From a virus: a DNA stretch of 64,000 bases. Positions 51,546 through 59,966 of this stretch are shown here, one piece after another. The stretch covers positions 14,411 to 78,410 of the IMG/VR virus record IMGVR_UViG_3300045988_107637. One strand, given 5' to 3'. A program made the translations under genes and the position numbers. Position 1 is the stretch's first letter, and the number at the start of each line of letters is the position of its first letter. The notes below the pieces were generated by a model, which saw only the letters and a list, made by a program, of their open reading frames with translations, was not told the origin of the DNA and searched no databases.

Positions 51546-51846
51546 TATTCTCCTCCTTTAATCTTTTAATTAGTGCATCAGCGCAATTAACCGCATATTT
51601 AGCGATTGCATCAGAATTACCCCCACAGTCATCTGCTATAACGGCCTTAATAATATCTTTCGCCAGTTCGTATCTACGCTGTTCCCAATCAATAGCTGAA
51701 TTCCCAAGATTTAAAAAATCAAGTTCGCACTCTCTGAAAACCATATTATCACATACATATAGGTTATCTCCGCTATATTGTGCATTCATGTTTGTTTTCG
51801 GAATTACATCTATTAAAACTCCGGTTTCTTTTACTCTTGCTTTCAT
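51538..51846 (-). CDS. hypothetical protein, paralog of 59308-59610
   Basis: Shared DWE(Q/E).R motif and a C-terminal (I/V)K(R/K)LK.E ending. Confidence 0.55.
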   Translation of the reverse strand: MKARVKETGVLIDVIPKTNMNAQYSGDNLYVCDNMVFRECELDFLNLGNSAIDWEQRRYELAKDIIKAVIADDCGGNSDAIAKYAVNCADALIKRLKEENNE

Positions 51847-52043
51847 ACCTTATTGTATTTTTCGTCACATTCTTCACAATGTAGTTTATAGGCGTATGCC
51901 AATGCTTTTAGGGTAATGGGTTCAATGGTGAAATCGTACTGATTATCTCCATATACGATAGATACGGCTAAATCCCTATCTACAAAATTAATGTATGCTA
52001 TTGCATCATTATCTCCTTTTATTTGAATCGTTTGAGTTTCCAT
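51843..52043 (-). CDS. hypothetical protein, paralog of 51336-51545
   Basis: See the paralog entry. Confidence 0.55.
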   Translation of the reverse strand: METQTIQIKGDNDAIAYINFVDRDLAVSIVYGDNQYDFTIEPITLKALAYAYKLHCEECDEKYNKV

Positions 52044-52044
52044 A

Positions 52045-52233
52045 TCAATGTTTCTTTTTAAGTTTTAGAAATAACATTACCCTATCCCATAAAACTATAT
52101 AGCCATCCCAATAATCCCCAAAGCTGAAATAGTACCAACTCATTTGTATATACCATATTGGTAAATAGACAATGAATATGGCGAGCCATAAAGGGATTAA
52201 TAGCCATCGAAGTATTAGTCTTATTTTACTCAT
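52045..52233 (-). CDS. small membrane protein (62 aa)
   Basis: Hydrophobic and Trp-rich (LILRWLLIPLWLAIFIVYLPIWYI). Confidence 0.5.
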   Translation of the reverse strand: MSKIRLILRWLLIPLWLAIFIVYLPIWYIQMSWYYFSFGDYWDGYIVLWDRVMLFLKLKKKH

Positions 52234-52253
52234 GTTTCAATCTCCTTTCTCTT

Positions 52254-52661
52254 TCATTCGTTATTTTCTATAACAAGCCAATCATCTACTGCCATTAATT
52301 CTGGGTCTTCTCCAAACCTAATAATATCATCTTTATCTGCCATATAACCCAAAGTGCATGTTGAAGCAAGGCATTTTCCTTGGAATTTAACTCCAAAAGC
52401 TTCACGATTCTTATTCAAAATAAATCTTCCCTTTTTCAAAAACTTCTTGGCAAGCCTACGGTTACATTTTATGTTTCTTTTAGTAAGTCTTATTGCCACA
52501 ATTCTATAAGCTTTATGCCAGTCAATTATATCTCCGTTATAAATATATTCTCCATCGTCACAATCCTTATGATTGCATCCATAACCACCATTTACTGATG
52601 TATCAGATGTAAAAAAGCCGCAACGTGAACATAGATTATCAATGTGAATTAGTTCTTCCAT
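52254..52661 (-). CDS. Cys-rich hypothetical protein (135 aa)
   Basis: CSRCGFF...GYGCNHKDCDDGEY. Confidence 0.55.
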   Translation of the reverse strand: MEELIHIDNLCSRCGFFTSDTSVNGGYGCNHKDCDDGEYIYNGDIIDWHKAYRIVAIRLTKRNIKCNRRLAKKFLKKGRFILNKNREAFGVKFQGKCLASTCTLGYMADKDDIIRFGEDPELMAVDDWLVIENNE

Positions 52662-52668
52662 AAAATTT

Positions 52669-53067
52669 CTATTTTAATCGTTGTAATACATCTTTGTTCG
52701 CTTCGAGGATTTCGTCGAAGGAGGGGATAGGCATGTAGGCAATAGGTTTCCATAATGTGGGTATACTACTCATTGAAGAGTAAATCGGGCTATCTTTGTA
52801 TGTATCATAGATATAACCATCCATACAAAACCATACCCCATTGCAGTATGAGCCATTAAATATTGCACCATGCTTGCACATGATAATGATATTCTCATTT
52901 TCTTCCGGCAACTGTTCCTTAACGCTTATCCACGGTGATTGCTTCGACTGCCATTCGGCACCAGAAATAAAGTCAACAATGCAGTATGGTTCACAATGAA
53001 GCTGCCTGTTTCTGCAATCATTGGAATATTTTTTTGCCGCTTCTTCTACTGTCTGTTTCATAATCAT
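52669..53067 (-). CDS. hypothetical protein (132 aa), DUF551-like C-terminal pattern
   Basis: WISVKEQLPEENENIIIMCKHG... Similar to 47929-48144 (LPKEGEEVLFLCENK). Confidence 0.5.
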   Translation of the reverse strand: MIMKQTVEEAAKKYSNDCRNRQLHCEPYCIVDFISGAEWQSKQSPWISVKEQLPEENENIIIMCKHGAIFNGSYCNGVWFCMDGYIYDTYKDSPIYSSMSSIPTLWKPIAYMPIPSFDEILEANKDVLQRLK

Positions 53068-53255
53068 CTGGTTATAGTAGTTCTTTTATTAAATAAAACC
53101 ATAAGTATCAATGCAAAGGCGACTTTCAATAACCGCTTTTTACCAACAATTACAATATTGTCTTTAGTTATTCCGCTATCAGTCGTTATGCTGTACCATT
53201 TCCTATATGGTGGTAAGCACCTATAAATATGAATTTTAGAAATTGTATATTTCAT
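53064..53255 (-). CDS. hypothetical protein (63 aa)
   Basis: ORF track with a 4-nt overlap. Confidence 0.45.
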   Translation of the reverse strand: MKYTISKIHIYRCLPPYRKWYSITTDSGITKDNIVIVGKKRLLKVAFALILMVLFNKRTTITR

Positions 53256-53257
53256 AA

Positions 53258-53539
53258 TTACCTCCTATTATTCATAAACCTATTCATCCAGTCTACAGCC
53301 TCTTCTATTGATTCAACGTATCTGTATTCTCTTGTTACACAACGTTGCATATATTCAAAACATATTCTTCCGTAATCGTCAAAATAGATGTTATACGCTC
53401 CGTAGTCATTTGCTCCAGTACATGGAATCCCAATCTCCAAAGCTTTTTGAACGTCTTCTGCATTGCAAGACATATAAGCATGAACTACATCACTACAATA
53501 TACTCCTTCTAATCCTCTTAATTCTACTATTCGTTCCAT
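53258..53539 (-). CDS. hypothetical protein (93 aa)
   Basis: ORF track with an ATG start. Confidence 0.55.
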   Translation of the reverse strand: MERIVELRGLEGVYCSDVVHAYMSCNAEDVQKALEIGIPCTGANDYGAYNIYFDDYGRICFEYMQRCVTREYRYVESIEEAVDWMNRFMNNRR

Positions 53540-53543
53540 ATCA

Positions 53544-53957
53544 TTACTTGTTTGTTTCTAAATGTCCGTTTTCAATCACCCAACACAACATCTGATAGGC
53601 TGCATTCATAATATCCGGACTATACTTCGTGCTTAGAATAGTACGGGTGTAAGAATCCATGTACACGAAATACCACAAGTCAGCAGCAGGATATATATGC
53701 AGCATACATATATTGATAGAGGGCGGTAACCTCTGTATGATGTCCTGCAAGGTATAAGTAGGAAGTGTTTCATACGACATAAACCCGCAAGTTTGAAACT
53801 CCTTCTGTAAACTCAAAAACCATTTACCTTTCGATTTATCATCAATACGGCTTCCATGTGATACCCTTTTCCAGTACATACTTGCATCACCCGTATCTAA
53901 TCCAAGCTCCTGCAAGTGCTTCATTTGTTCTATTGATAATACTTGTTTTGATTTCAT
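53544..53957 (-). CDS. hypothetical protein (137 aa from ATG 53957)
   Basis: ATGA overlap with the upstream mini-ORF. The C-terminus is paralogous to 42594-42848. Confidence 0.5.
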   Translation of the reverse strand: MKSKQVLSIEQMKHLQELGLDTGDASMYWKRVSHGSRIDDKSKGKWFLSLQKEFQTCGFMSYETLPTYTLQDIIQRLPPSINICMLHIYPAADLWYFVYMDSYTRTILSTKYSPDIMNAAYQMLCWVIENGHLETNK

Positions 53958-54100
53958 AATTCGTAAGATAAAATTACAACCGTTAATGCAATGAAAATGA
54001 TTACTACTATCAAGGCGATAGATAGACATCCCTTTTCGTATTCTTCATCTTCCGATGGTGTGTTTTCGTTATACCAATCTAATGGATGTTTTAATTTCAT
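53954..54100 (-). CDS. tail-anchored mini membrane protein (48 aa), paralog of 59155-59289
   Basis: MKLKHPLDWYNENTPSEDEEYEKGCLSIALIVVIIFIALTVVILSYEL compared with MKHILDWYNENTPQNEDEYEKGCLTSAAIIAIIFIALTVAIINI. Confidence 0.5.
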   Translation of the reverse strand: MKLKHPLDWYNENTPSEDEEYEKGCLSIALIVVIIFIALTVVILSYEL

Positions 54101-54219
54101 TTCTCACTCCTTTCTTTCTCCTTTTTAGCTTTATCACAAGACAACTTCTTCATTACATACGGACAATCGCAATTCCCGTATCTTTCGTTATACCAACAAC
54201 AATAGTCACACTGGTGCAT
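54097..54219 (-). CDS. Cys-rich basic mini protein (40 aa), paralog of 55580-55738
   Basis: MHQCDYCCWYNERYGNCDCPYVMKKLSCDKAKKEKERSEK. Overlapping stop/start on both sides. Confidence 0.4.
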   Translation of the reverse strand: MHQCDYCCWYNERYGNCDCPYVMKKLSCDKAKKEKERSEK

Positions 54220-54428
54220 TATTTACCCTCCTCCACTTTTTCAAAGTAAACATAGTTTTTATCTTTTCTTTCATAAGCGGCGCATTTAGGGCCGCCACAT
54301 GTTACATTACCCTCTTTAAAAAAGAAACACTTTCTACATTCTCCCCAAGGCGACATTTTTCTAACCTTCAATTTGATACCATTATACTCAAAAACTTCTC
54401 CGATTTGTCTTTCTTCCTTCATAATCAT
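54219..54428 (-). CDS. hypothetical Cys-containing protein (69 aa from ATG 54428)
   Basis: IGEVFEYNGIKLKV...CRKCFFFKEG is paralogous to 42853-43173. Confidence 0.5.
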   Translation of the reverse strand: MIMKEERQIGEVFEYNGIKLKVRKMSPWGECRKCFFFKEGNVTCGGPKCAAYERKDKNYVYFEKVEEGK

Positions 54429-54883
54429 ATAAATAATGCGATTATTAAAACAATAGTTGTAACGAAAAATATCAATGCAAGACATTTCCATATTTTTGCA
54501 GTAGCCTCCAAACCGTGTTTCCGCTTGTCAAACTCGCTTAACGCATAATTCAAAGCCTCGTCTTTCAGTCCTTTAAACTTATCATTCAAAGCCTCGGTTA
54601 TATCGTCTGCGATAGCATACTTTACCTTTTCTGATACGGATTCCGGATATCCTCTTTCCTCATAGTTCAATTCACTCAACAAGTCATGATGAAATATATA
54701 AGGTATTCCGTTCACTTCGTAGGAAAGTTTGATACCGCTTTCTTTGACATATTCCAAAAAACGCTTTTCCACCATTGCTTCTATTTCGCTGTCTATCATT
54801 TCAGCCTTTTTCTTTATCCGGTAAAACTCCTTTTCGTCTACAATGAGAATCTGGTTTTCCGGCTTCATTATATGTATATCCAT
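54425..54883 (-). CDS. hypothetical protein with C-terminal TM (152 aa)
   Basis: ORF track. The C-terminus is CLALIFFVTTIVLIIALFI. Confidence 0.55.
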   Translation of the reverse strand: MDIHIMKPENQILIVDEKEFYRIKKKAEMIDSEIEAMVEKRFLEYVKESGIKLSYEVNGIPYIFHHDLLSELNYEERGYPESVSEKVKYAIADDITEALNDKFKGLKDEALNYALSEFDKRKHGLEATAKIWKCLALIFFVTTIVLIIALFI

Positions 54884-55176
54884 TACTTGTTAACCATCCA
54901 TTCGTATTCTTCCAGCCATTGGCGATAGTATTTTGCCTTCTTTGCATCTGCCATATTCTTTATCTCGGAATAGCAATCGTAAAAGAATAATTTACTTATA
55001 AAATCACGGTTGTAATGTAATGCACTACTACCATCTCCACCACTCAAAAAGGCATACCTGTTTTCCCATCCCGGGTCACGACCTATGTATTTATAGGTGT
55101 AAAGTTCTCCATTCTCAGTTATTTGTGCAAGCTTGTCCCCAAACTGCAACTTATCAAATTCTGCTTTCTGTATCAT
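54883..55176 (-). CDS. hypothetical protein (97 aa)
   Basis: ORF track, coupled to its neighbours. Confidence 0.55.
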   Translation of the reverse strand: MIQKAEFDKLQFGDKLAQITENGELYTYKYIGRDPGWENRYAFLSGGDGSSALHYNRDFISKLFFYDCYSEIKNMADAKKAKYYRQWLEEYEWMVNK

Positions 55177-55577
55177 AACTTTGCTGGTTTATTGGTGAAT
55201 ACTATGTCTTTATCAAATTTGGCACATTGCACATAATCTCTTCCGCTTATTGCCATATATGGAACTTCTTTCTTTGGTTCGTAATGGGCAAAATGTTCTG
55301 GAAACCATTTTGAATCAATCCTATCTCGCATCATAACTAATTCTCCGATTTCAAACTGCGGTTCGGGCTTTGGTTCGTTGTAAATTCCCCAATCGGTAGC
55401 AAGGATATTAGATACATATTCAGCTATTATATTTTCACCATTACTATTTTCAATTATTGTAAAAGAATTGAAAGCCATAACTCTATATAATCCATCTTCC
55501 CAATCTTCCCTTCTCACTTTATACCCTTGCTTCATCGCTTCAAGGGCTTCGCTAAATGTCATATTCTCTGTTTTCAT
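55173..55577 (-). CDS. DUF2829 (Tad2-like) domain protein with extra C-terminal domain
   Basis: MTFSEALEAMKQGYKVRREDW....NILATDWGIY matches the DUF2829 pattern (F.EAL.A.K.G.KV.R..W ... DW.I). Confidence 0.55.
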   Translation of the reverse strand: MKTENMTFSEALEAMKQGYKVRREDWEDGLYRVMAFNSFTIIENSNGENIIAEYVSNILATDWGIYNEPKPEPQFEIGELVMMRDRIDSKWFPEHFAHYEPKKEVPYMAISGRDYVQCAKFDKDIVFTNKPAKL

Positions 55578-55579
55578 AA

Positions 55580-55738
55580 TTATTTCCGATTATTGTTATA
55601 CTTTGCGTACTTGTATTTACGCTTCTTGTTATACTTCTGCTTTCGCACTAATGCGCATGGCTTTGGTCTATCATTACATTTGCAATAGTTGCCATACAGC
55701 GTTGATTTTACATAGAACTTGCATGTGGAGCATTGCAT
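55580..55738 (-). CDS. Cys-rich basic mini protein (52 aa)
   Basis: MQCSTCKFYVKSTLYGNYCKCNDRPKPCALVRKQKYNKKRKYKYAKYNNNRK. Below the track cutoff. Confidence 0.4.
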   Translation of the reverse strand: MQCSTCKFYVKSTLYGNYCKCNDRPKPCALVRKQKYNKKRKYKYAKYNNNRK

Positions 55739-55743
55739 GTTGT

Positions 55744-55959
55744 TTATTCCTCCTCTTTTCCTACTTTTACTTTGCCACGATTGATAAACATAGGTGTTTC
55801 CTTTATTGATTCAGACTGTAAGCCAACCCAACAAATACACGATGGTTCAAATTCATTTTCACATAAATGAAGAAGGGAACATTGCTTACAATCTTTACTT
55901 TTGCTCTCCCGCAATTCATGCAGCACTCCATCTATTATTATTCCGTTCTTTACTTGCAT
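55744..55959 (-). CDS. hypothetical Cys-containing protein (71 aa)
   Basis: ORF track with an ATG start. Confidence 0.5.
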   Translation of the reverse strand: MQVKNGIIIDGVLHELRESKSKDCKQCSLLHLCENEFEPSCICWVGLQSESIKETPMFINRGKVKVGKEEE

Positions 55960-55982
55960 ATCACCTTAAATTTAGCTTTATA

Positions 55983-56786
55983 CTACTTGTATTTTTCGAT
56001 TTTCTCGTCCAACTCCTGCAATCTCTTATCTATGTAGGAAGAATTGGAATTTTCGCCCTCTATAATATTAGAATCCTTGCCATATCCCATATCGGGTAGC
56101 TGGTTGAGGAAAGTAGAGAAGTTTTTCAGCCATCCTCCTTCGTCAGTCTGTTGTTTAACATAGGATTTAATGGTAAATTCAAGTTCATCCTTTGATATGT
56201 TTTTCAACAATGACTTGATTTTCTCCTTATCCTTACGACATTTACCCGTTGACCTTCCTCTATTCGGGCATTTAGTTGGGTATAAATCATACAAGTAATC
56301 AATATCGCTGTTAACGTTATTACTTTTTTTAGAACATTTTTTAACGCCATTATTATATTCTAATAAGGGATTGACATTGGCATGCTCTGCATTGTCTTCC
56401 GCTTTCTTAGATAATATGATAATATTATCTTCTTTAATTGTATTATTACTTGTATTAAGTATGTTGTCGTAAAGTGCAAGGCAGGGTTGCTCTAAAGTGC
56501 AAGGCTGAATTGTTTTTAACTGCAAGGCTGATTTGACATACCTTCTTCTGCCATCAAATGCTGTTTTAATGACATATCCCTTTTTAATCAATGATGAAAG
56601 AATTTTATTTGCTGTTGTTTCACTCACATTCAAAAGATTGGCAATATATTCATTGCTAATAAAACAGTCTTTATCCTTGGTAGTAAAGCTGTCTATCTCC
56701 AACAACAATATACGTTCATTCCAAGAAAGATTTTTATCTTCCCAAATTTCAATTGGAATCCAAATTCCTTTAGTTTGTCTTTCCAT
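55983..56786 (-). CDS. replication initiator / DnaD-like winged-helix protein candidate
   Basis: The N-terminus GIWIPIEIWEDKNLSWNERILLLEIDSF...ANLLNVSETTANKILSSLIKKGYV is wHTH-like. It lies upstream of the helicase module behind a long structured leader. Confidence 0.45.
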   Translation of the reverse strand: MERQTKGIWIPIEIWEDKNLSWNERILLLEIDSFTTKDKDCFISNEYIANLLNVSETTANKILSSLIKKGYVIKTAFDGRRRYVKSALQLKTIQPCTLEQPCLALYDNILNTSNNTIKEDNIIILSKKAEDNAEHANVNPLLEYNNGVKKCSKKSNNVNSDIDYLYDLYPTKCPNRGRSTGKCRKDKEKIKSLLKNISKDELEFTIKSYVKQQTDEGGWLKNFSTFLNQLPDMGYGKDSNIIEGENSNSSYIDKRLQELDEKIEKYK

Positions 56787-56822
56787 AACTTCAATGTTTA
56801 ATGATATACCTTCTAAATGAAA

Positions 56823-56891
56823 TGGTGGCGAAGTCCGAAGGTATGGAAAAGAGACTTGTCAACTGGTAGCTACTCCAGCCTATCGCCACCA
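56823..56891 (-). ncRNA. compact structured element in the initiator 5' leader (9-bp closing stem)
   Basis: TGGTGGCGA...TCGCCACCA encloses CUGG-N8-CCAG and AAGUC-N17-GACUU hairpins. Not tRNA-like on inspection. Confidence 0.3.
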
Positions 56892-57077
56892 CAAATATAA
56901 GAATGTTTTTCAATAAATACAAAAAGCACCGAGAAAACTCCCAGTGCTTTAAGCTTTGCTATACACTGGCAGGCTGCACGATTGCAGGTAAGATGTGCCA
57001 ATGTAAGCTATATGTTGAATAGCTATTGAATCCTAAATATCGTTTATCACCGAGCATCTTACCTCTCGATTGCAATG

Positions 57078-57109
57078 CAAAGAACGCTGTTATTTTTGAA
57101 ACTTCCAAA
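57078..57109 (-). promoter_or_regulatory. promoter of the early family with degenerate -7 (TTTG-N20-GTTCTTTG)
   Basis: Minus strand reads TTTGgaagtttcaaaaataacagcGTTCTTTG. Lies about 290 nt upstream of the ATG at 56786. Confidence 0.4.
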
Positions 57110-57134
57110 AAACAAGTCAAACTATTAACAATTA

Positions 57135-57641
57135 TTATAAAGCCGACTTGTAAACTGAATACAATTCTTTCAGTTTTGCTATTCTTTTGCCTAACTTTAT
57201 ATCCTCATAGCCTTGGTTTGTATAAATCCTAATTGCTGCTAATTCTTTGTCTTCAAATATACCCAAATCCCCAACGAGCCACATTTCTAAAATATATTCA
57301 CTCCCTAAATTATTGGATGTTGCATGTATATCCTCTGACATAATATACTGAGAATTATAAAATGTGTATGGATTCCCTTCTACATCAAGAAAAATAACTT
57401 TGTTCCCTTTGTCCATAGATATAATACCACTACATTCCCAATAAAGGCGTAAAAACTCGTCATCGCCATTTTTATAAAAGGAAGCATATAGTATTCCCGG
57501 ATATTTATTGACTAACGGTCTTGACGTCTCGACAACATGAGCTTTTGTAAACTTATCAATCTCATTTTTTCTGATTTTTTGTGCATTTACTGAACACATA
57601 ACACTGCATAAAGCAATCAATGTTACTACTACTGTTTTCAT
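57135..57641 (-). CDS. secreted protein (signal peptide), 168 aa from ATG 57641
   Basis: MKTVVVTLIALCSVMCSVNAQ is a signal peptide. The track start at 57725 extends into the region downstream of tnpB. Confidence 0.55.
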   Translation of the reverse strand: MKTVVVTLIALCSVMCSVNAQKIRKNEIDKFTKAHVVETSRPLVNKYPGILYASFYKNGDDEFLRLYWECSGIISMDKGNKVIFLDVEGNPYTFYNSQYIMSEDIHATSNNLGSEYILEMWLVGDLGIFEDKELAAIRIYTNQGYEDIKLGKRIAKLKELYSVYKSAL

Positions 57642-57862
57642 TGTCTTATCATTTTTTCGATTATTGTTCTCAGTTCCTTTTCCCAATCCTTGTTCCCGTG
57701 CATAGGATAACTTAGCTGATGCCAACTGTGGTAGTCAAATAGCTTCATCCGGCACGGGTAGTAATCAAACAGTTTCTTCTCATTGTGGAATACTCTGATG
57801 TGCTTTCCCTCATACTCTCCGATATTACTCGATGGTAATTATATACATGTTTACACTTGTAT

Positions 57863-59077
57863 CTATTTGTTAATAAATTTCTTAACTGGGTTATACCCAA
57901 ACCCTCTATAGGGTGGCATTGCTGCATCCCCTTTTACTTTTCTCATGATGTTGTAGGCTCCGTTTATATCTGCATTGAGTAAAATCCCGTTCTTTGTTCT
58001 GAAAAGACCTCTTTTTACTCTCTTTCCAACATAACTATCATGATGTTTTATCTCCTCTAAATCTAAAGAACTGCATTTCGACGTGTGAGATTCGTTTATT
58101 TCAACAAATCTTAGTCCTTGTCTTTCAGATTTATACCTTAACATTGATATGAACGTCTCAAACGGAATTGAAACAAAATTCTGATTGTTTCTTTTACTCA
58201 TATTCACTTCCTGTTTCCATCCGTCATTATGTCCCACTATCAATGTCGTTATGTTGTCTTCCAGGCACATGCCTACAATTTCCTTGCTTGCCTTATGCAA
58301 ATAATCCTTGACCTTATTGTTTCTCTTTCTTGTAAGGTTCATTAACCGTCTCGAATTTTCCTTTCCATTTGTTTTCTTTAATTGTGATTGAACTTTAGCT
58401 TTTTTCTTGTTATAATACTGATTGACAGACTTTAATTTCTTTCCATCTATCAAAACAGCCTTATTGCTCGTATTCGTTACAATAGAAGCAAAGTTGTTAA
58501 CCCCCAAATCAATAGACATATATCTATTGTTATCTGGTAACTGTTCCTTTACCTCCGATTCATACACCAATTCTATTACATAACAGTCTGCTTTCGGAAC
58601 AAATCTGACTTGCTTAACCGTTCCTTCCTTACATCTGGTTTTCAATGGTTGCAAACCTTCTTTCTTTGGAAAGTAAATATATTCTCCTCTATGCTTAAAT
58701 TGTGCATAAGAATAAGAAAATATATTTCTTCCTTTTGTTTTATGCTTGTATTTCGGGAATTTAGGACATCCAGTAAATTTCTTGTTATCCCTTTTCCATG
58801 CTTTAATGGCTGAAAAATAAGATTTCAGATTTCTATCCAAAGCCATAAGTATTTGCTGGGAAGAAGAACCGCTCATAGCCCTAAAATCAACATTGTTTTC
58901 TGCAACCATCTTTTTGTTAAGCTCCACAGACCTTATCCATTTCCCGGAAACAAGAAATTCTTGCTTTATGATATACAAAGCCGCGTTATACAAGTTCTTA
59001 GATAAGAAACAAATCCGGTCTAAATCCTTGTACCTCTTGTCATTGACTGTTATTATATGTTGCTCCGTTAAATACAT
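57863..59077 (-). CDS. tnpB: divergent solo TnpB-like protein (IS605 OrfB / IS1341-like)
   Basis: 404 aa. RuvC-I SIDLGVNN and RuvC-III NADINGAYNI are present. The usual RuvC-II E position reads LIVGHNDGWKQE, with a Glu in EINESHTSKC. The CxxC zinc finger is replaced by C...HH. No tnpA is adjacent. Confidence 0.7.
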   Translation of the reverse strand: MYLTEQHIITVNDKRYKDLDRICFLSKNLYNAALYIIKQEFLVSGKWIRSVELNKKMVAENNVDFRAMSGSSSQQILMALDRNLKSYFSAIKAWKRDNKKFTGCPKFPKYKHKTKGRNIFSYSYAQFKHRGEYIYFPKKEGLQPLKTRCKEGTVKQVRFVPKADCYVIELVYESEVKEQLPDNNRYMSIDLGVNNFASIVTNTSNKAVLIDGKKLKSVNQYYNKKKAKVQSQLKKTNGKENSRRLMNLTRKRNNKVKDYLHKASKEIVGMCLEDNITTLIVGHNDGWKQEVNMSKRNNQNFVSIPFETFISMLRYKSERQGLRFVEINESHTSKCSSLDLEEIKHHDSYVGKRVKRGLFRTKNGILLNADINGAYNIMRKVKGDAAMPPYRGFGYNPVKKFINK

Positions 59078-59154
59078 ATCGCAAATATAAATAGAATATT
59101 TTAAATTTCCTATTTATTTATATAATTTTTAGTGCAAAGTTCTATATAGTTACC

Positions 59155-59289
59155 TCAAATATTTATTATTGCTACTGTTAATGCTATGAAGATTATTGCT
59201 ATTATTGCAGCACTTGTCAAGCATCCTTTTTCGTATTCATCCTCATTTTGAGGAGTATTTTCATTATACCAATCCAATATATGTTTCAT
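59155..59289 (-). CDS. tail-anchored mini membrane protein (44 aa)
   Basis: Paralog of 53954-54100. Below the track cutoff. Confidence 0.45.
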   Translation of the reverse strand: MKHILDWYNENTPQNEDEYEKGCLTSAAIIAIIFIALTVAIINI

Positions 59290-59307
59290 ACCTCAACTTT
59301 TACATAG

Positions 59308-59610
59308 TTATTCTCCTTTCAGCTTTTTAACCAATACATCAGCCATACTTACGCTCATGTCAGCTATGGCTATTATTGATTTGTTCTCATATTGTGGATT
59401 ATTTAAAAGTGTTTGCATTGTTGCTATTGCAGCATTTATCCTAACCTCTTCCCAATCACGCCCCTTTGCTTCTCTCTTCACTTCATCAAGAAGAATAAGT
59501 TCATCACCTAAGAACGACTGTTTCCCGTCCTCTGTTACGTAAATGTTGGTATATTCCCCAGCCTTTATTACGTCAATTGTTTCTTTGGTTGCTATTAATA
59601 TTGCTTTCAT
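59308..59610 (-). CDS. hypothetical protein (100 aa)
   Basis: ORF track. Paralog of 51538-51846. Confidence 0.55.
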   Translation of the reverse strand: MKAILIATKETIDVIKAGEYTNIYVTEDGKQSFLGDELILLDEVKREAKGRDWEEVRINAAIATMQTLLNNPQYENKSIIAIADMSVSMADVLVKKLKGE

Positions 59611-59627
59611 CTCTTTATAGTTTTAGT

Positions 59628-59966
59628 TTACAAGTCACTGCCTGCTATTACTGTTTCATTTGACAAGTCAGCCCGTTCTATTACTGATACAATTTTAGAA
59701 TCTCTATAGGAACGGAAATGACTTTTTACTACACGATACCTTAATTTGACCCTATCCCCAACTTTTGGTGCAGTTGTCATATTGAAAGCACCGCTTATCA
59801 TTTCAAAACCATGCCATTTATTCAGATACGAAAAATTTTCATTTGCCGCCAGTTCTTCGGAATCTATTTTAAATTTCCAATAGGCAAACCTATTATATCG
59901 CTTCATAACCTCAACTACAGTACCTTCCCAATAATAATATTTCGGCTTTTCTCTAATCGCTTTCAT
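59628..59966 (-). CDS. hypothetical protein (112 aa)
   Basis: ORF track with an ATG start. Confidence 0.55.
   Translation of the reverse strand: MKAIREKPKYYYWEGTVVEVMKRYNRFAYWKFKIDSEELAANENFSYLNKWHGFEMISGAFNMTTAPKVGDRVKLRYRVVKSHFRSYRDSKIVSVIERADLSNETVIAGSDL

Noticed and set aside
56823-56891. tRNA or tmRNA-like gene (stem GGTGGCGA...TCGCCACCA ending in CCA)
   Set aside because: It has only two internal hairpins, no T-loop (TTCGAAT-like) or D-arm, and the CCA forms part of the stem. I kept it only as an unclassified structured element.
59138-59153. AGTTCTATATAGTTAC upstream of the solo tnpB as another recombinase site
   Set aside because: It shares only the 7-mer AGTTCTA, has no dyad symmetry and no inverted partner was found. 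This is expected by chance in an AT-rich 64-kb sequence.
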